This document shows positions 58,623 to 64,000 of a DNA stretch of 64,000 nt, piece after piece. Under the pieces are notes generated by a model. That model was not told the DNA's origin, searched no databases, and saw only the letters and a program-made list of their open reading frames with translations. The first letter of the stretch is position 1, and every line of letters starts with the position of its first letter. A program made the translations under genes and the position numbers. This stretch comes from an uncultured delta proteobacterium (lineage in GTDB: Bacteria; Desulfobacterota; BSN033; UBA1163). The DNA lies in NCBI GenBank assembly GCA_963827685.1, contig CAWHBU010000003.1:32001-96000 (forward strand), read 5' to 3'.

Positions 58623-59279
58623 ATGAAGAATATATCCCTAACCATTGATGGCAAGAAGATAAAAGCTCATGAGGGCGACAAAATCCTCTGGGCAGCGTTG
58701 GAAAACGGCATCTATATACCCAACCTCTGTGCCATTCAAGAAAAGATGCAACCCTCTGCTTCGTGTCGTCTCTGCTTTGTAGAGGTCGAAGGTGAGAACG
58801 ATCCCGTCATCGCCTGCACCGAACCCGTAAAAGAAGGTATGGTGGTCAACACCCGGGGTAAAAATGCCTTAAGACTTGCACGTACTTCCGCCGAGCTTCT
58901 TATGGCAAGCCACCCTGTTGATTGCGGTCATTGTTTAAAAAACCGATCCTGTGAACTTCAGAAAATTGCCAAACATCTTGGCATAAAACTTAAAACAAAG
59001 CGATTCAGAAAACTCGAAAGAAACCTCCCCATCGACGAAAGCAGTCCGCTCTTTATCTATGATCCCAATAAGTGTGTGCTCTGCGGTAAATGCGTGTGGG
59101 TATGCCAGGAAAAGTTGGGAATCGGAGCCATTGGTTTTACCAGAAGGGGTTTCAAACGAATGGTCTCCACCTTCCAAGACAAACCCCTCGGCGAATCCAC
59201 CTGTGGCCAGTGCGTTGAGTGCGTTAAGGTCTGCCCCGTCGGCTCCCTGGCATTTAAAAATAGCCGACATTCCTTCTAA
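58623..59279 (+). CDS. NuoG-N/HoxU-like iron-sulfur subunit (no catalytic domain)
   Basis: IPNLC, CRLC, HPVDCGHC..C, CVLCGKC, CGQCVECVKVCP; 218 aa. Confidence 0.9.
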   Translation: MKNISLTIDGKKIKAHEGDKILWAALENGIYIPNLCAIQEKMQPSASCRLCFVEVEGENDPVIACTEPVKEGMVVNTRGKNALRLARTSAELLMASHPVDCGHCLKNRSCELQKIAKHLGIKLKTKRFRKLERNLPIDESSPLFIYDPNKCVLCGKCVWVCQEKLGIGAIGFTRRGFKRMVSTFQDKPLGESTCGQCVECVKVCPVGSLAFKNSRHSF

Positions 59280-59413
59280 TCTATATCTCAATCCTTGTTG
59301 ACTTTATTTTGCTAAATTAGTAGACTTCAATAATCAATAGCTTCCTTAACTTAAAAATTACCTTTAAGATCTGAGGACTTTTTAGATATAATTGTATTAG
59401 GGAGGTATTATAT

Positions 59414-59626
59414 ATGGTTACACGGACCCTTACTGCAGTTTTACACAAGGAGGATGACTTCTTTGTTGCTGAATGTCCTGAGGTAGGGACAGTCAGTCAA
59501 GGATACAGCATTGAAGAAGCCATTGCGAACCTCAAAGAGGCCACGGAGCTTTACCTGGAAGAATTCCCAATGCCTGAAGTAACCCGACCACTTGTAACCA
59601 CTTTCGAGGCGATTATCCATGCCTAA
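59414..59626 (+). CDS. hicB: HicB-family antitoxin
   Basis: FVAECPEVGTVSQGYSIEEAIANLKEATELYLE. Confidence 0.92.
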   Translation: MVTRTLTAVLHKEDDFFVAECPEVGTVSQGYSIEEAIANLKEATELYLEEFPMPEVTRPLVTTFEAIIHA

Positions 59627-59846
59627 ACTACGAAGGGTTTCCGGGCAAGAAGCGATTCGGGCGATGGAACGATTAGGCTTTGTCCAAATACGGCAACGTG
59701 GGAGTCACGTTGTTCTCAAGAAGAAGACGTCTGAGGGTGAAATAGGTTGTGTGATTCCTCTTCATCCCGAATTAGCAATCGGGACCTTAAGGGGAATTTT
59801 ACGTCAAGCCCGTGTTACAGCTGACGATTTTATGGCTAACGTGTAA
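59619..59846 (+). CDS. hicA: HicA-family toxin
   Basis: LGFVQIRQRGSHVVL...IPLHPELAIGTLRGILRQA. Confidence 0.92.
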   Translation: MPKLRRVSGQEAIRAMERLGFVQIRQRGSHVVLKKKTSEGEIGCVIPLHPELAIGTLRGILRQARVTADDFMANV

Positions 59847-59890
59847 CAATATGCATAACGAAAAAATTGTTTTAAATCCCACAAAGACAA

Positions 59891-60000
59891 GGTTTTAAGC
59901 GAATGGTTTCCACCTTCCAAGACAAACCCCTTGGCGAATCAGCCTGTGGTCAGTGCGCTGAGTGCGTTAAGGTCTGCCCCGTCAGCTCCCTGGCATTTAA
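59891..60000 (+). repeat. diverged 110-bp direct repeat of 59148..59257 (3' end of the hoxU-like gene)
   Basis: Same length and colinear, with scattered substitutions. Confidence 0.9.
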
Positions 60001-60509
60001 GGATAAAAACTTCCCTGCTCAGAAAGTATCAGAATAACCCAAACCTACTTTCTTTCTACCTCCCAAAAATATACATTGACTCGAACCAGTTCCCCCTCTT
60101 CCTTGATGGGAGAGGGCTGGGGTGAGGGTGCATGATCACCTTTTTTATCCCCCTCCCCTTCATCCCCTCCCGCCAAGGGAGGGGAGTTTTTGGGTTTTGT
60201 CTTTTTCAATGTCTATTTTCGGGTGCCTAACTTTCTCTTCCCTATTCTTTGAAATCGGTGTATATTACAATTGAAAGCGATCAAACACATAAGCCTAAAG
60301 GTTAACCGAATAACTCTTTTGTAAATTATGCGCCTGCGATATAACAGACGTCACAGTATTATTATATTGCAAGAATAGATTGTTTGGGGTGTATTTTAAA
60401 CCAAAAGAGAGCTTTTAGAGATACAAAAAAGCCTATTCCTTTAGAAAACATAGCTGCAACATAAAAAATAATGTTAGGCGCCTGGTGCAATCCAAAGTTA
60501 GGAGGCCAC

Positions 60510-60866
60510 ATGGAAAAACAAATCTCGCTTGATGGAATAAGAATGCGTGTCGTCTCGACGGCTGAAGGAGGCGAAGTCAACACTGAGACGCTATTTGAGT
60601 TTACTCAAGACGGTTCGGTTGTCTCCGCGCGCTATGCTGGTGGCAAGGTGCGACTTGGCTATCTGGTCGGCATGATGTCCTCAGAAGGGCTCCGCTTCCG
60701 GTATGCTCAGATTGACAACTCTGGCCGCCTCGACGGTGGATATTCAACTTGTGAAATTGGGCGGACGGCCGAGGGCAGGGTACAGTTGGCCGAGCATTTC
60801 AAGTGGGACTCGCGTGAAGGTTCAGGAACCAACATCTATGAGGAAATCGGTGTCAATCGCTCATGA
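60510..60866 (+). CDS. conserved hypothetical beta-rich protein
   Basis: SD AGGAGG; GEVNTETLFEF, ARYAGG, GYLVG, FRYAQ. Confidence 0.75.
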   Translation: MEKQISLDGIRMRVVSTAEGGEVNTETLFEFTQDGSVVSARYAGGKVRLGYLVGMMSSEGLRFRYAQIDNSGRLDGGYSTCEIGRTAEGRVQLAEHFKWDSREGSGTNIYEEIGVNRS

Positions 60867-60908
60867 GGAGGGCTTCATTGTTAGCCTCCAGTTCGAGAGG
60901 GGAATGAG

Positions 60909-61343
60909 ATGACAGAAGAGATTGTGCAAAAGTATGGGCAAAGAGTCGGATACACGGAATCAGAAGTTGCGAAGTTCCATGAGGGAGGCCACAGGATTAG
61001 GCAGGTAAAACGGCTCTCCCAAGTTGCTTCCCTGTATTCCATCGAGGCTACGGTTGTTCATGCCAAGCATTGCAATTCAAGGCATACAGTGGGGCAAAAA
61101 CTCATTCTCGATGTGGACGGTAACTTGATTTCCAAACTCTGTCCAAAAAGAATGTGCGTTTATTTGATATCGCAACTGACAATCCCTGTGGCGCTCATCA
61201 ATGAAAGGTTAAGCGAGGGTCTCGAGCCGAATGATTTTCATTTCATGCGATACGTGAGATGCCCGGATGCCGGTATTGAGTGTTATGGTTATGGAGAGGT
61301 CATGGTTCAGGTTAAGGTTATCCCACGAGTTAAACAGGAATGA
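60909..61343 (+). CDS. hypothetical Cys-containing protein (TIGR04076-like)
   Basis: HCNSRHTVGQ, RMCVY, VRCPD spacing. Confidence 0.65.
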   Translation: MTEEIVQKYGQRVGYTESEVAKFHEGGHRIRQVKRLSQVASLYSIEATVVHAKHCNSRHTVGQKLILDVDGNLISKLCPKRMCVYLISQLTIPVALINERLSEGLEPNDFHFMRYVRCPDAGIECYGYGEVMVQVKVIPRVKQE

Positions 61344-61387
61344 ATGATTTCTGGCCCAGCGGCTACTGATGAGTTGCAACTGCGTTC

Positions 61388-62496
61388 TATTGAGTTTCGC
61401 ATAAATAATGGAACGCTACTCTCTAGTCCATGGGAGATCAGAAGCATAGATGCATGACCGGAGGAGTTTCTGTGATTGCCTGAGTCTTCGTCTCGAGTTT
61501 CGAAGCATTTTCTTAAGATCATTTAGACTTTCCGGTACACTGTTGGACAAGGCACGGTCAGTCTGGTTCCAAACATACTCAGCCGGATTAAGCTCGGGAG
61601 CATAGGCCGGAAAGTATTCCATATGAATTCTAGGGTGCCGAAGAAGAAACTGTTTAACTTCCTTTCGCCGATGGATGGTGGCTCGATCCCACAACAGGAA
61701 CATGGGTCCCCTGATATGTTGGAGCAGTTCTTTAAGAAAAGACCGAACATCCAGACCGGTGAGGTTCCATGCCCGAAATCGGAGATAAAGGGCCAACCGC
61801 TTTCGTTTCGGGGAGACCGACAAAGCACTGATAGAGGAAATCCTATCCTGTTTGTACAGGTGGTAGAAGACAGGGGTTTTCCCTTTTGGAGCCCAGGTGC
61901 GGCGAATGTTTGGAATGAGTAAGAAGCCAGACTCATCAAGAAAGACCAGCTGGGCCCCAAGTCTTTTGGCGTTTTTTTATATGCGGCCACCGGTGAACCT
62001 TCCAATGTACGATCTCTTTGTCGTCCCTTTGTAACGCCCGACGCTCTGGTTTCTGACAACTCCATCCCATGCCCTGAAGCAACCGCCACACATGATTGGG
62101 GTGATACCGGATACGAAAGTGTTTCAGAATGGTTTGAGCGATCCGCTTCAATGTCCACAGATCGGTCCGATATCCTGCGGCCAGAGGACCCGCCAAAAGC
62201 AGTTCCGCTAACTTCTCTTTCTCGATTCGAGACAGCTTCGGAGGACGTCCTGGAATGGCCTTCGAGCGAAGGGCCTCCGATCCGCCTTCTTGGTACTGTT
62301 GAAACCATCGGAAGACTGAGCTTTTTGATGCCCCCACCGAACGCGCTATGGCCGAAAGACTGGCCTTGCCTTCTTTCAACAACGAAATGGCGCCTCGACG
62401 GCGCTTCTCCAGTTCCTCTTGGGATCCATGGGGTCTCATGCCCCATATTATAGCAGAAAAAGTTAAAACGTTCCATTATTTATGCGAAAGTCAATA
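61388..62496 (-). mobile_element. IS630-family element with two-ORF transposase (-1 frameshift)
   Basis: 28-bp IRs TATTGA(G/C)TTTCGCATAAATAATGGAACG, TA at both ends; HTH ORF 61936..62439; A7 slippery run at 61972..61978 leads into VFLDESGF...LWD...YAPELNPAE ending at 61416. Confidence 0.95.
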
Positions 62497-62606
62497 ATAA
62501 CAAGCAAACCGCGCCTAACATTGGGTTGGAGCTGACGCGCTACGCGCGCCGAATTCTGTGCTCACCTGTATGTTTCGGATGGAACTGCAATAGAGGAAGA
62601 CAAAAT

Positions 62607-63071
62607 ATGATAACCCTGAAAGATTCAATAGAAGTAAACGCAACACCGGAAAAAGTATTTGAGTGGCTTATTGCGCGTTTCAAAGATAAGGAATCGTACC
62701 AAGCCTGGCATCCTGACCATGTAGACATTCGCTGGATTAAGGGTGAACCTTTTCAGGAAGGCTCAACCATCTATGCCGAGGAGTATCTGCATGGGGTTCT
62801 GCATAAACTCAAGTTTCGTATTACCAAGATAGTGCCAAATAGGGTGATTGAATACAGGTATTTATTCCCGTTGTCCATAGTAGCTCCAGAGAACACATTT
62901 CTTATAGTGCCGAAGGGCAAAAACAGTTGCATGTTCACCGCCATGAGCAGTTTGAGACTACCACGTTGGCTATTTGAAAAACTCACTAAAAAACATAACA
63001 ACAAAATTGAAGCTGGGCAACAACATATCAAAGAAGAAGGGGAGAACCTTAAAAGGGCAGTGGAGAAATAG
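62607..63071 (+). CDS. SRPBCC-family protein
   Basis: DSIEVNATPEKVFEW...YQAWHP...GENLKRAVE; SD GAGG. Confidence 0.85.
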   Translation: MITLKDSIEVNATPEKVFEWLIARFKDKESYQAWHPDHVDIRWIKGEPFQEGSTIYAEEYLHGVLHKLKFRITKIVPNRVIEYRYLFPLSIVAPENTFLIVPKGKNSCMFTAMSSLRLPRWLFEKLTKKHNNKIEAGQQHIKEEGENLKRAVEK

Positions 63072-63224
63072 AAGTATTGGGGTCGAATCTTCTTTCTGAC
63101 AATGGGAGGTATGGGGTCGGGAGGTATGGGGTCAAGTCTTTGTTCTTGATAATGGACAAAGTTCCTCAAGGAAAAGAAAGTCTTTGTGTAAGGAAAGACA
63201 ATCAACCGAAAGTCAAAGATAAAC

Positions 63225-64000
63225 GGGCTGTTGCCCAAATGATGCTTGCAACGATTATACATTCGAGCTATAAGCATGGCAGCACAAATCTGGAATGGAG
63301 ATATTGCCATGATGGGTCAACAGACAGGAATTCAGCCGAAGATCTTCTATCATCATATGAACCTGGACCAAAGAGTTCCCCGGACACACCTTCTGAGAAA
63401 GATCCAGGAGCAGATTGACTTTAACTTCATCTATGCCGAAGTCAGAGATACCTATGGAGGCAATGGGAATGTGTCCATTCCCCCTCCTGTGATCCTGAAG
63501 ATGATGTTGCTATTAGTTCTTTACAATGTTCGATCGGAACGAGAGTTGATGGAGACGATACCCATGCGTTTAGACTGGCTATGGTTTTTAGGGTACGACA
63601 TAGACAGCGAGGTGCCGGATCACAGTGTATTGAGTAAAGCCAGGGCGCGGTGGGGAGTAGAGGCGTTTAGGGGATTTTTTGAGCGAATTGTGTGGCAATG
63701 TGTGGAGGCGGGGTTAGTGGACGGCAGAAAGATCTTTGTGGATTCGAGCCTGGTGGATGCGGATGCATCGAACAACTCCGTGATCGACACGCGATCGTTG
63801 AAGGTTCAACTCCAGGAGGGCTACAAGAAGCTGGAAGCACGATTAGAGGAAAAGAGCGAGAGCACGGATTCCTCCAGGAGATACGTTAAAGAGAACAGCC
63901 GATACATTTCAACGACCGATCCGGATGCATCGATAGTGAATCGTGGCAAGCCCAAACTCTCCTATCAGGTACATCGGGCCGTGGATGAGCGGAGTGAAGT
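63225..64000 (+). mobile_element. IS1182-family element, truncated by the window end (transposase from 63309)
   Basis: MMGQQ..HLLRKI..IDF..SIPP..SERELM..WFLG..PDHSVLSKARARWG..IFVDSS..STTDPDAS. The left end at GGGCTGTTG is approximate. Confidence 0.9.

Noticed and set aside
56176-59279. Respiratory complex I or hydrogenase operon
   Set aside because: No membrane Nuo subunits and no NiFe or H-cluster subunit in the window.
61523-62476. 317-aa alternative-frame ORF inside the second IS630
   Set aside because: Lacks HTH and DDE motifs; the transposase is explained by the other two frames joined by a -1 frameshift.

Overview
Chromosomal fragment of an anaerobic bacterium. Gene content and order suggest Desulfobacterota/'Deltaproteobacteria' (inference). 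There are three parts. (i) 1-20 kb is accessory: lipoproteins, small Cys-rich peptides missed by the ORF track, a decayed tRNA-Thr 3' half, a candidate sRNA, 4-hydroxybutyryl-CoA dehydratase, and a tandem pair of PAS-GGDEF cyclases with a duplicated sigma54-type promoter. It also holds three consecutive genes (DUF2267-like, prenyltransferase/terpene-cyclase-repeat protein, IS630-split dynamin-like GTPase), each preceded by its own fluoride riboswitch. (ii) 20.4-59.3 kb is a co-directional Wood-Ljungdahl supercluster: fhs, acsV, cooC, folD, acsD, cooS, acsB, acsC, acsE, three metF, two metV, a Tmc-like cytochrome b/FeS/tetraheme-c module, hdrCB, two giant hdrA-type genes, Cys- and Sec-type mvhD, two-component genes and a NuoEFG-like module with no catalytic subunit. 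Many of its gene junctions carry short-period (6-9 nt) inverted repeat arrays. (iii) 59.4-64 kb holds a HicBA toxin-antitoxin pair between 110-bp direct repeats, cassette-like genes with attC-like remnants, a second IS630 and an IS1182 running off the end. Three 1-bp deletions (GGDEF copy 2, acsB, nuoE-like) may be sequencing errors. All family calls come from motif recognition by eye; no searches were run.
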